This document shows, in pieces, positions 53,501-64,000 of a stretch of 64,000 bases of DNA. Made by a program: the position numbers and the translations under genes. The notes beneath the pieces are model-generated. The model saw only the letters and a program-made list of their open reading frames with translations. It did not search any database and had not been told where the DNA came from. Location of the stretch: assembly GCF_016432865.1 (NCBI RefSeq), contig NC_067401.1, positions 117,428,001-117,492,000 on the forward strand, read 5' to 3'. This DNA comes from Antechinus flavipes. Taxonomy: Eukaryota. The first letter of the stretch is position 1; each line of letters starts with the position of its first letter.

Positions 53501-54959
53501 TCCTTTTTCAGTCTGTTTCCTTCTGTGCACAATGAGGATGATAACAGTATTTATCACACAGGATAAATTGTGCAGAAGAAATGAGAAAATATACATGGAG
53601 CCATATTAGTGCTAATGACCGTGACATTACCAAAAGAGGTGATGTAATATAACAGAAAGTTGGCCTTTGTATTAGGAATACCCAAGTACAACTTCTGCAT
53701 GGAACAGAGATACTGCCAAGTCATTTCCCTTCTCCATGTTCTAGAAGGTACTATTGAGTCTCTCATCTATAACAATGTTCCCTATAACAATGAAATAATA
53801 AGCCAAACTCTATATTCTATATTATCAAGGAGAGAGTACTGTGTAGAATACATGAAAAGGTGAAAAAGACATCATCAGAAGCTTTATGCCCAGACAAAGA
53901 GGTGGCCAAGCTCAAGAGGGAAGAGTATCAGATGGAAACCTCCTTTGATCCAAATGTATATACAAAATGCAAACAACAACAACAACAACTAGAGAGAGAG
54001 TCCCCTAGTAGTACTTTGAATGGATCCCTTGTTGAGGATTTTATAGGTGCATATAGAAAATGATGATATAAAATGAAGATAGTGTAGGAGAGGAAGGGGT
54101 ATTTCCAACTATGTTACTGGAGGAAAGACCAACATGGATGGGATCACAGAACCTTTCAAGTAAAGCTCATTTAGTTTGTTCATCATTACAACTTTTTGAA
54201 TCTTGATTCTGACAACCAATATACAAGCTACTCTCCCCCACTGCATATGATTTGCAAAAGTGGTAAACAAAACTTTTTTAAACTGAGTTATTTTACTGCT
54301 CTCTAACTAGAGAGGATCAGATGATATCTTAGACTGCCTCACTGGAAGTAACATCGGGACACTCTTTTAGAGAGCAGTGTGCTGGTTCTATGGTAAAATG
54401 TAGTTGAGATAAAACATAATCCTTGCAGTTAAAAGAAGGGAGAATTGACACAAATTATTAAAATACAAAACAACACATGATAACTGTATCTAACATTATA
54501 AAGTTGTTTCCTTTGAGGCAAAAAGTATAAGTATTATTATCCCCCTTTATTGATGAGGAAACTCAAATCACAAGAGAAGTGATTTACCATCATCACACAG
54601 CTATGAAGCAGGAAGTATCAGAAATGATATCTGAATCTTGGTTTCTTGACTTCAAATCTAACTTCCTTTCTACAATACCAGATTACCTCTCAATGATAAA
54701 TCCCTAACAGGGATTCAAATAAAGTGTTATAGGAGGTGTGGTAGGGAGGAGAGAAGACATTATCAACTGTGAGGTAAAAAGGCATTAATTAAGTTTTAAA
54801 TTATAGGAAAGAATTAAGTGATGATAGGGATGAAGAATATTTTTGACACAGGAAACAGTGGAATCAAATTTAAATGGGAAAAGTACAAGATATATTTGCG
54901 AGACGAAATTACTGCAGTTTAAGCTAGAAAAGTAGCAGAACATAAACTTGGAGAGCAAA

Positions 54960-55740
54960 ATGTTCATTTTTTTTCCATTTTATTTTCTTTTTATTTACTA
55001 GATATGAGGGAACCATGACAAGTTTTTGAACAAAGGAAAGATATGATCACATCGAAGCAAAGAAAGAACATAGGGAGGTTTCAAACACGGAAAGGGAAGA
55101 GAGAGGTTGGAAGCCTGTTAGCAAGAAAGCTGCTATGATATCCCTAGCAAAAATGAGGGCCTCTATTAGGATGAGAGTAATGAAGATGGAAAAGAGGGAA
55201 CTGATGTGAAAGGTGTCATAGAGGTAGGAATGGTAGGACTTGGTTACTGATTGGATTTAAGAGCTGTGAAAATGAAAGATAAAAGTTTCAAACATCAGAG
55301 ACTAGATAAAAATAATAGTACTATAACAGAATAGGAGGAAGGGGGAATATATTAAGTTTGATTTGAAATATACTGAGTTTGATATGTCTTGCAGACATAT
55401 CGAATTTGAGGCACCAGAAGGGCATCTAAGTAGAGATGTAGATATAAAATTCTAGAATGAGGTGAAAGCCAAAGACAGCTATTTGTTAGTAACCTGGACA
55501 GAGTTGTTCATTGATGCTATCAGAGAAACCAAATTTTCTAAGGGAGAGACTAGAAAAGAAAAATAGAAAAGGGAAAAACCTGAAGAAACTAATCAATTTA
55601 AGAGTTGAGAAGAGTTTAAGAAGCTAAAGAAAATAGCAAAAGAATAATCAGACAGTCAGGAAAGAATAAAGTGGGCTATCTTGGAAGCCAAAAGAAAGAA
55701 AATACACAGTAAAAAAGGGTGGTCAATGATGCCACAGAAG
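54960..55740 (-). mobile_element. L2 fragment
   Basis: Purine-rich reverse L2 sequence (ggtgtcatagaggtaggaatggtaggacttggttactgattggat). Confidence 0.65.
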
Positions 55741-56010
55741 AGTGAAACAGATAACTGAATTTGACACAGGGAGATTCACTTATTAGAAACAAAGAAATTA
55801 CCTTTCAGATCTTTGTATACAGGAAGCATTTTGATCAAAAAAATAGGAAAGAGGGAATCCTAAGAGATAAAAACGGCAATTTTGAATATATAAAATGTAA
55901 AAGTTCTTGCAACAAAAAGTTATGTAGCTAATTTTTTAAAGGGAAAAAAAGATATCCTGGAAAACTATTTAGGAATGAAAGGTCTGATAAGATTCTCATT
56001 TCTTCTAAGA

Positions 56011-56202
56011 CAGGGGTCCACAAACTTTTTAAATAGGGGGCCAGTTCACTGTCCCTTAAGACTGTTGGAGGGCCGGACTATAGTAAAAACAAAAACTTTG
56101 TTTTGTGGGCCTTTAAATAAAGAAACTTCATAGCCCTCGGTGAAGGGGATAATTGTCCTCAGCTCTGCATCTGGCCCATGGGCTGTAGTTTGAGGACCCC
56201 TG
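56011..56202. mobile_element. OC1/OposCharlie-like hAT MITE, 192 bp, intact
   Basis: 16-bp TIRs CAGGGGTCC(A/T)CAAACT with one mismatch. Perfect 8-bp TSD ttctaaga at 56003-56010 and 56203-56210. Nested in an old L1 ORF2 fragment (~55790-56250). Confidence 0.9.
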
Positions 56203-56567
56203 TTCTAAGATAGATAGAAGGAACTTATTCAAATTTATTTAAAAAAAAAAAAAAGACTTACATGCTGAGACCTTTTGTCAATCAATAAATATTTATGAAG
56301 TGCTTATATGTCAGACACTATGCTAACCATTGGGATTCTGGGATTATAACAATTCCTATTCTTAAGCTACTTGCATTTTAATGGGGGAAACAACACATAA
56401 ACAATTATGCATAATAAGCTATACACAGGATATATGGGAAGTAATCAACAGAGTAGGCACTAGAATTAAAGGAAATCTAGAAAGGCCTCCTGGAGAAGGT
56501 GGAATTTCAGGTGGTACTTAGAGAAAGTCAGGAGATGGAGATAAGGAGAGAAAGTATTCCAGGCATT

Positions 56568-56590
56568 GGGGGGGGGGGGGGGGGGGGGGG
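56568..56590. repeat. G23 homopolymer (others: G14 16276-16289, G15 17600-17614, C19 22112-22130)
   Basis: Counted directly. Confidence 0.95.
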
Positions 56591-56837
56591 AGAGGGGATG
56601 GGTAGGGAAAATACCTAGAAATATGGAAAATGGGATATCTTGTTTGAGAAACAGGAAGTTAGTGTCACTAGATTATGAAATGTCGGGGGTGGGGGTGGGG
56701 CGGGGAAGAGAGGAGGATTTCGAAGGGGTTGCTGCATGGATAGGACAGAGTGCCACTTGTAGGTATAGGAAGACTAAAGTGGTAGGTATGTGTGCATGTA
56801 GATGGGGGTAAATTATAAATAACATTGAATGCCACAG

Positions 56838-57325
56838 TGTTACAGGCCAGAACTCTAAAACAAGGATTCTTACAAGGTGTTAAGTCAGTGGAATTGATAA
56901 AGACAATGGTTATCTAGTTTAGCGCTGTGCTTAATAGTTCTCTAAGTTCAGTATGATTGATTTAATCTTACAACAAATAATGGTTTCCTAGTGGTATAAT
57001 GATTGGATTATCTACTCAGCATAGAGCATATAAGCTAGAAGGTAAAGACAGATTCATTCTATCGTCCACCTTTGTGGTGGCTGGAGGCTGAAGCACAAAC
57101 CCTTGGACTCAGACTCTCACACTACCATGGTGGCCTATCCTCCTGCATTTTCTGAAGCCACTGAAACCAAGACCCCTCTAAAGGCCACCAGAAAGCTAGC
57201 TGAGCACCAGGCGAACAAGACAATAAAGACTTTTGGACTTTAACACCTCCTTACTCTTGTGGTGATTAATCTGCTGAAAGGAAAGCTGGCCCAAGACCTT
57301 CAGAAAACCAAACAAGAACATTACA
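56838..57325 (+). mobile_element. Solo ERV LTR, 488 bp, 6-bp TSD
   Basis: TG...CA termini (tgtta...ttaca). TSD ccacag at 56832-56837 and 57326-57331. TATAAG at 57029-57034 and AATAAA at 57222-57227. Confidence 0.9.
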
Positions 57326-58719
57326 CCACAGGATTTTATATCTGACAGGGTACCACTCAAATGTACTTAGGAGAAAAGGATGCAGCACTATGATCAGATT
57401 GTGATTTAGGAAGATCACTCTGACAATTGAATGGAAAATGGATTGATGTGGGGAGAGAATCTGATGCAGGATAACCCACAGGCAGGCTACTGCAACAATC
57501 AAGGTGAAAAGTGATGAGATCTGCATTTAACTGAAAAGTAAAGTGACTTGCTCAAGACATATAGAATCAATACATAAGTGAGGTGGGACCTGAAATCCAG
57601 GTTTTTCCTGACTCTAAGGCTAGCTCTTTATCCATGATGCCTTTCTCCTAGGATTGTTGAGAAGACCAGGTAAGACAAATGCAGGTAGACATAATGTTTT
57701 GTCAGTTATAATGTTCAATGAAGATGACTGGTATGATTTCATAAAAAACTGATGGGCAAATACAAAGAATACCTGATTTTAACAAAGCAAAAAAAGTATA
57801 TGAACTGCTCAACAGTATCAGGGAACTTAACTGCTTGTGCAAGAACTAATATCAGACCTCTTCCCTACTCACAATAGTTTGTTCCTAAATTTTCCTCCCC
57901 TTTGCTTCAGCAAGAACATTTTGAAAGCAAATATTTTCTTCTATTAGAAAATATAAGTACCCTTGGTTTAATTCCAACCAGTACCCTTTTGGATTCTGTT
58001 TGACTGAAAAGGATGTCATTTATGTTATAAACAGTTTCATGGAATTCTGATTACATTTTGTTAAAGTTATTTTTCTATATCATATCCTCTATGCTAGAAT
58101 GGAAGCTGCATAAAAACATAAAACAATCTTTTATCTAAACTTAAAAAAAATATATGCCTTACTACCTAGCACAAAGTTGCACATGATATATATATATATA
58201 ATATCTGTTGAACCAAATCCTGAATTTTTCAAGGAATGGTTAATATATTTAGATTACCTCTAGCTTTTTCTCAATTCTCTTGCTACCTTTTTCTGTAATC
58301 ATTTCTTTGCTTATTAACACTGCCATCACATTCATGAATACCGAGATAGAGGAAGGGACAACATGTTCCAGAATGTTTTACACAAATAGTAAAACATTCA
58401 TTGTTAGTACAACATTCAGAACACTGAGATAGAGGCAGAAACAAAAAGTCTGTGTTCTGTTCTAAAAGCCTCGGTCATCATGATCTGGTTGGCCTAATTT
58501 AAAAACTTATATTTTTTTCCCAGTTTTTGTCTTAGTCTATTTCCAAATAGTACAGAATTGTTCTGGGACAGAGATTTGAACAAATCATAAGTCTTGGCAA
58601 ACCTTCACTAATTTGATATATTCAAGGAAAAGACAATTGAAATCAGCAAAGTTACAGAAAGTACACATGTACATAGAAATATGTGTGCATGGACACACTC
58701 TCTCTCTTTCTCTCTCTTA

Positions 58720-58890
58720 GTCTCATGAACCTAGGAAAAAATTTTTCATGACATTGAATCCAACTCTCTTACTTTGTAGATAAACAGCCTGAGGCCAAGT
58801 GAGTTAAGTGAATTGCTCACAGTCACCCAGCAATAAGTATCTGAGACAGATTTGAACCCATCTCTCCCTGACTCCCAAGTCTAGCTCTCT
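58720..58890 (-). mobile_element. MIR/MIR3 remnant
   Basis: atccaactctcttactttgtagataaacagcctgaggcc...ttaagtgaattgctcacagtcaccc...gatttgaaccc. Confidence 0.7.
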
Positions 58891-59885
58891 ATCCATAATG
58901 CCTCTCATTTTTAAGATCTGCAAAACAGTTCTTGAATATTTTTACATGTGAATGCATTTTTAAAGGAAATAAATACAGACTGACTGTTTTCAAGTACATT
59001 TAGCAACTGTTACAAATGTTGTTAAACAGATCTCTTAGTCAAATTCATTAATGAATATTTTAAAATAGTGAATGTTTATGAGTAACTAGATGGTGAAGTG
59101 GCGAGCTGTTTAGGTATAGTGAGATGCGTCAACAATTTTTTTTTAAAGGTTCCTTTGAAAATGTAAGGACAGACTTTCCCAGAATAATATTTAGTCTGTA
59201 ATTAATTTGCTTAGAAAAGACCATTTTCCCCAGATGGCTCAAAAATAAACTCGAGCTCAGTCAATGTAACAAAAATTAACCAAGCACTTACTATATACTA
59301 GGTGATGTTTAAGTGCTGGGAATACAAAGACAAAAAGAAAAGCTCTTATCCTTAAGAATCTTAAATTCTATTAGATAAGACAAAAGACCCAAGCAACAAA
59401 TCTAAATTTAGTTCAAAAAGTCTGATCATATACACTTGCAATTTCAAACATCAAATGAAGCACTTGTACTCTTCTTAAAATCAGCTTTGTTATATTATCC
59501 TATGGGACAATCTAGGACAACAAACCATCCTGTCCTTGCTTTGGCATACTGAAATTGAGCATAGGACTAACGAGGAGATCTGGGTTTGCTTCCTGACACT
59601 ATTTTTGACTCTGATTTTTAAAAAATAAATTCACAAACTCCACTATTGATAATTAGAATCTGATTCTTTTCATTTATTGAAGACTAACCTTACTCCCTTT
59701 TATTTCTCTATTCCAAGAGCAAGATCCTTGTTAAGTTTCAAGTGTATAATAGTCCCTCCTGAGACACATTTCCTTCTTTTTCTTTAGTAACTTTTTTTTT
59801 CAGAACTATTGTTGATAGCTTCACTTTCATTAACCTTTTGAGATAATTAGATTTTTTTTAATTTTCTTTTTTTAAGTGTTCTTAC

Positions 59886-60017
59886 TTGTGCAGAATCTGC
59901 ATGTTCCAGCATCTCTTCAAATTCCTGATACTCCTCATCATCAGGTTCAGCACCTGACAATCGAGCTGCCCTGGCCATGAAATAAGGGGGTAGCTCTCCA
60001 ATGGCTGTGCCAGCTCC
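59886..60017 (-). CDS. VMP1: VMP1 coding exon (human exon 7 equivalent), 132 bp, phase 0-0
   Basis: Acceptor ttttttccctag|GGA and donor CAA|gtaag. Translates [44 protein letters not shown], including the VMP1 GELPPY motif. Confidence 0.98.
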
Positions 60018-62029
60018 CTAGGGAAAAAAGAACACAACACATACATACACAAAAAATATGAAATCTTGCTCTTTATAGAATAGATAAAATTATATTTAAA
60101 GCACACCAATAACAGAATTTCTCTGACTAAAAACACCAACCAGTAGACAACCTATAAGTAAAGCTAACTAGTATAACAAGTCCTAGACAGGGCAGTAGAA
60201 CATATATAAAATGTTGAGGTTGACAACATTATCTCTTTTACAATAATGAACTTTGTAAAAACTGAACTTTACACCTATACCTATATACTTTGTGGTTATG
60301 GTAGCATTCATTCATACATGTACTTAATATTCAGTCATGAAAATTCCTCAGACAATACTGTTGGTTAAATATTTTCTAGGAAGCTTCCTCCTCTTTTTGA
60401 TACTCTTTAAACTCTCCTGCTCTTTGATATGGTTTAAAAACTGTTGACAAATTGTGCTCAGGAAGCTCAAGGAATCTGAACATTATAATGGACAATCCTT
60501 TTCACCAGAGGAAAAATGTTTATTTCCTGAGGGCACTGAATGAATCATGATCCTGTCTTCAATTTTTCAAGTAATCAAAAAAAAAAAAAAAACAAACCCA
60601 CAATGCAAATTTACATGAAGGTACAAAACAATAAAACAACAAGTTCAATTTGAATCCTTAAAAACAAGGTGTCCTAAAAGTTTTGGTGCAGTTTAAATTG
60701 AGTAGTTTCTTCTTAAGCTATTTATGGCAATTCTTGAGCTATAATTAATTTTGTTTTGTTATTATTATTTGTTACTATTAATATTGCTTTGTTTGAATGT
60801 TATGCTTAAAAATCTGGTTTTATGTGTACAAATGCCTACATATACCACTTGCACCCTCCCTTGTATAATCAATCATGCCATCATATTCCAACCCATTCCT
60901 ATGTGTATCCATAAGTTAAATAAGACCTTTGAACAAAAACATGTTACTGTGCAAAAAAGATAAGCTAATACTTTGAGGGGAAGGTAGAAAGGAAAAAGAG
61001 GAGAAATCGGTGAAATATACTAAAGACAATATAGGAACAAGGAAAAACAAATCATTTTGCCCGATAAAACTAGGGCCAAAGTTAACTGCCACATTTTGCG
61101 TAAGAAAAAAAAAGATAAAAGTTGTAGGAGTAAACTAAATGTGAACTTCTCTTGAAACTTGCTAAGTCACATATTTAACAGATCTGGAATTAAGTTCTAT
61201 GATTCACTGTAGGCTAACTGTCATTTCCTTAATGTAAGAAAGAAAGCATTAAATAGATTCTAGCAGCTGTTTACTGTCTTTCAAATCTGAATAACCATAT
61301 TTATTGTTAGATTTCATTTTGCTCGTGTTCTCCTATGGCAGCAAGGAAAAAGAATGGCTGCTACTAATCAGCATTCTTTTTATATGCAAATAAATAAAAA
61401 GGAAGTTAGTCATCCAGGCACCAATCTGAGAACACAATGTATCCAAAGCATAGAAGATTTTATTTAGTCCACTGTCTCAGTTCGGGATGTGCTAGCTCTC
61501 ATTACTGTATAATTCAAGCAACAGATTTTGGTTGTTTTATTTTTGTAATTTTATTTTTTGCAAAAATACAAAAAGATTTTTTTAAAGTATGGTTCAAATG
61601 AGAGGTAACAGGCTGAGGGGGAAAAAAAAACTTCAGTGCCAAGGTATGTGATAGAGAGACAATTGCAGTTAAACTTACAAGCTATAGTCTTAAAACCAAA
61701 AAAATCACAGTCAATTTATTATACGATTTGCAGTTAGTCTCCTTTGGTAAAACTTTATCCAGAGAAACTTAAGTTTAAAAGACATAACACCCATTCATGG
61801 AATTTAAAAGGGTTATTATATTTTATATTATATGTACATATATATAATATGTATGTCATATGTAATATTAATATTAACATAACAAAATTAAATATTTTAT
61901 ATTACTAACAAAACTTCCTACTCCTGAAGCACACTTAGGAGTCAGCCAAATCATTCTTCTGACCATCTGGCAGAACCAGGATCTACCTGCTGTCCTGTTG
62001 CCTGACCTCTTCCATACTGGTCAAGTATG

Positions 62030-62720
62030 GGTACATATCATTTTAATGTACTTTACAGTTGCTTACAAATTGAAGGCTGGTGGCAATACTGTGTTTAGCA
62101 AATCTACTGGAACCATTTTTTCCAACAGCATGTGTTTACATTGTATCTTTATGTCACATTTTGATAATTCTTGCAGTGTTTCAAATCTTTTCATTATTAT
62201 TATATCAATTATTGTAATCTGTGACCACTGATCTGACTGTTCCACTGACAGGTCTTTCCTCTCTCCTGTCTTCAGGCCTCCCTATTTTCTGAGCCACTAG
62301 GCCAATTTAATAACTCTACAATGGCCTTTAACTATTCAAATGAAAGGAAAAGTCAATTGATTTGACAAATTTTTTTATTGTCTCATTTTAAGAAGTTGTC
62401 AGTCACTCCAACTTTCAGCAANNNNNNNNNNNNNNNNNNNNNNNNNNNNNNNNNNNNNNNNNNNNNNNNNNNNNNNNNNNNNNNNNNNNNNNNNNNNNNN
62501 NNNNNNNNNNNNNNNNNNNNNNNNNNNNNNNNNNNNNNNNNNNNNNNNNNNNNNNNNNNNNNNNNNNNNNNNNNNNNNGACATAATGCTTTTGTACACTT
62601 AATAGCCTATGGCATGATATAAACATAACTTTAATACTAAACTGGGAAACTGAAAAATTAATGTGACAAGCTTTATTGCAATTTTTGCTTTACTGTGGTA
62701 GTCTGGGATCCAAAACTAAA
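62030..62720 (+). mobile_element. Internally deleted Tigger1-like (TcMar) DNA transposon spanning the gap
   Basis: 5' part tacaaattgaagg...accattttttccaacagcatgtg...ttttcattattattatatc and 3' part gacataatgcttttgtacacttaatag...ctgggaaactgaaaaattaatgtgacaagctttattgc resemble the Tigger1 ends as I recall them. Confidence 0.8.
62422..62578. other. Assembly gap (157 N)
   Basis: Run of N. Confidence 1.
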
Positions 62721-63251
62721 GACTTTCCTGCTTATCCCCTACACATCAAAACGTACATACCCAGAAGAAATTAATGTGCTCAATAATGAACTGGGCCTTA
62801 AGTCAAAGCAAATCTGACTTAATGATTAGAGAAGGAGTACTTCAATCACATCTCACTTCTTAAATCTATGCCTTTCTCTCCACTCACCACAATTGCACTA
62901 ATTTAGGTGCTCTTCACCTCTTATGTAGATTATTACAAGAGTCTTCTAACTGGCCTCACAGTATCCAGTCTATCCACTGTCCAATTCATCCTAGTATAAT
63001 AGGTATCTGGTGCATGCACAGAGTGCATAGGATAGTATCTCTCAACATGTAATGACAGATAAGGACACTGCAACAGAAAGACTATGGAACATGTGGAGCC
63101 ATTCTATAAGAAGTTCCAGTTGGTTAAGCATGTGGTAAAGAAGAGAAGGATCTTTGACTGGCAATGGAGAGATATTAATCACTTCCTTTTTATCTCATTC
63201 AATCTTTTGGCTACATTTGTGAACTCCTTAGCTCATGGCATACTATGAAAG

Positions 63252-63412
63252 ACTCTGACATAAAGGAAAGAGCCTTGGGACCTTCTTCCCTTTTGGGACC
63301 ATATGGCCTATGAGCATGTTGGTGGGCTCAAACTCTGACATAAGGGAAAAAAGCCTTGGGACCTTCTTCCCTTCTGGGACCATATGGCCTATGATCATAT
63401 TGGTGGGCTCAA
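63252..63412. repeat. Two-copy tandem repeat, 80/81-bp unit
   Basis: actctgacata...gccttgggaccttcttccctt(t/c)tgggaccatatggcctatga(g/t)cat(g/a)ttggtgggctcaa at 63252-63331 and 63332-63412. Confidence 0.95.
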
Positions 63413-63749
63413 TACTATATAGAATCTGAGTTAAATTTTGCATCTACTTCATCCTAGAGACCAAGGGAGAATAAGACTTTAAAGTATTGGAGGGAAGGGG
63501 GAGGTTAAATAGGATATTTGTTATTGCTCTATCTTTGAAGTAAATATGTTTAAAAAATAAAAGTTAAGTAGCTAAATGGAACTGGAGTACTAACAGATAG
63601 ATAGAAGGAAAATGTGTAATGTTTTGGAGACTCAAACTGATGGCAGAGAAGAGATATACTCCACAAACCCCTCAGAGTAAAAATAAGCTGTAGCATGTCT
63701 AGCTCTGGGAGTACAAGTTAACAATACATTCCAAAAAGCTGCCAAGTTG

Positions 63750-63990
63750 ATACACCTAAATCATAGGTATGACTATGTCACTTCACTTCTCAAGAAGCCC
63801 CAGCAGTTCCCAATTGCCTATAGGATCAAATTAAAACTCCTGTTTCACTTCTAAAGCTCTTCACAATTCAACTCTAGACTATCTTTCCTAGACTTATCAT
63901 TTTTCTTTATGTATCTTTCTGGTTCACTGAAAGGACTCTTCTTGCTGTTCTCCATTTCAGCAGCCCCCTGCATTATAGAATACCTAGCAA
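63750..63990 (+). mobile_element. L2 fragment
   Basis: gactatgtcacttcacttctcaagaagccccagcagttcccaattgcctataggatcaaattaaaactcc. Confidence 0.65.
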
Positions 63991-64000
63991 ACCTCAAGAG

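Larger units (their letters stand above)
56270..57530 (-). mobile_element. L2 3' end, interrupted by a solo LTR
   Basis: gtcaatcaataaatatttatgaagtgc... start. L2 sequence resumes after the LTR (gatttaggaagatcactctgacaattgaatggaaaatggattg). Confidence 0.75.

Noticed and set aside
59882-60139. 85-aa ORF 59882..60139 (-) as an independent protein
   Set aside because: It overlaps VMP1 exon 7 in the wrong frame; the true frame encodes GELPPY. ORF 22606..22866 (+) is likewise antisense to exon 9.
62378-62626. ORFs containing X runs
   Set aside because: Artefacts of the N gap.
63252-63412. CRISPR-like array
   Set aside because: Only two contiguous units, no spacers, in a mammalian intron.

Overview
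AT-rich eukaryotic (marsupial) intronic DNA. WSINE1-type SINEs, the L1 3'UTR type and an OC1-like MITE point to a dasyurid such as the Tasmanian devil; the species is an inference. The whole window lies inside VMP1 (TMEM49; DedA/VTT-domain ER lipid scramblase and autophagy protein) on the minus strand. Four coding exons, equivalent to human exons 7-10, were read directly with canonical AG/GT borders: 60017-59886 (132 bp), 25444-25364 (81 bp), 22812-22696 (117 bp) and 13552-13491 (62 bp). They splice into one open frame, [18 protein letters not shown]...[10 protein letters not shown]...MVALIG. Exons 11-12 and MIR21 were not found and should lie beyond the left edge. The rest is intron filled with L1 3' fragments (several with intact target-site duplications), L2, MIR, CR1-like, WSINE1/MAR1 SINEs, two LTRs, hAT and Tigger1 DNA-transposon relics, a degenerate C2H2 zinc-finger retrocopy and a 157-N assembly gap. 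None of the ORFs in the supplied track is a real gene. I found no prokaryotic-type system, CRISPR array or RNA gene. The best leads are a candidate 74-nt poison exon in intron 7, enhancer-like motif clusters, an intact OC1-like MITE, an antisense solo LTR and an unexplained 80-bp tandem duplication.
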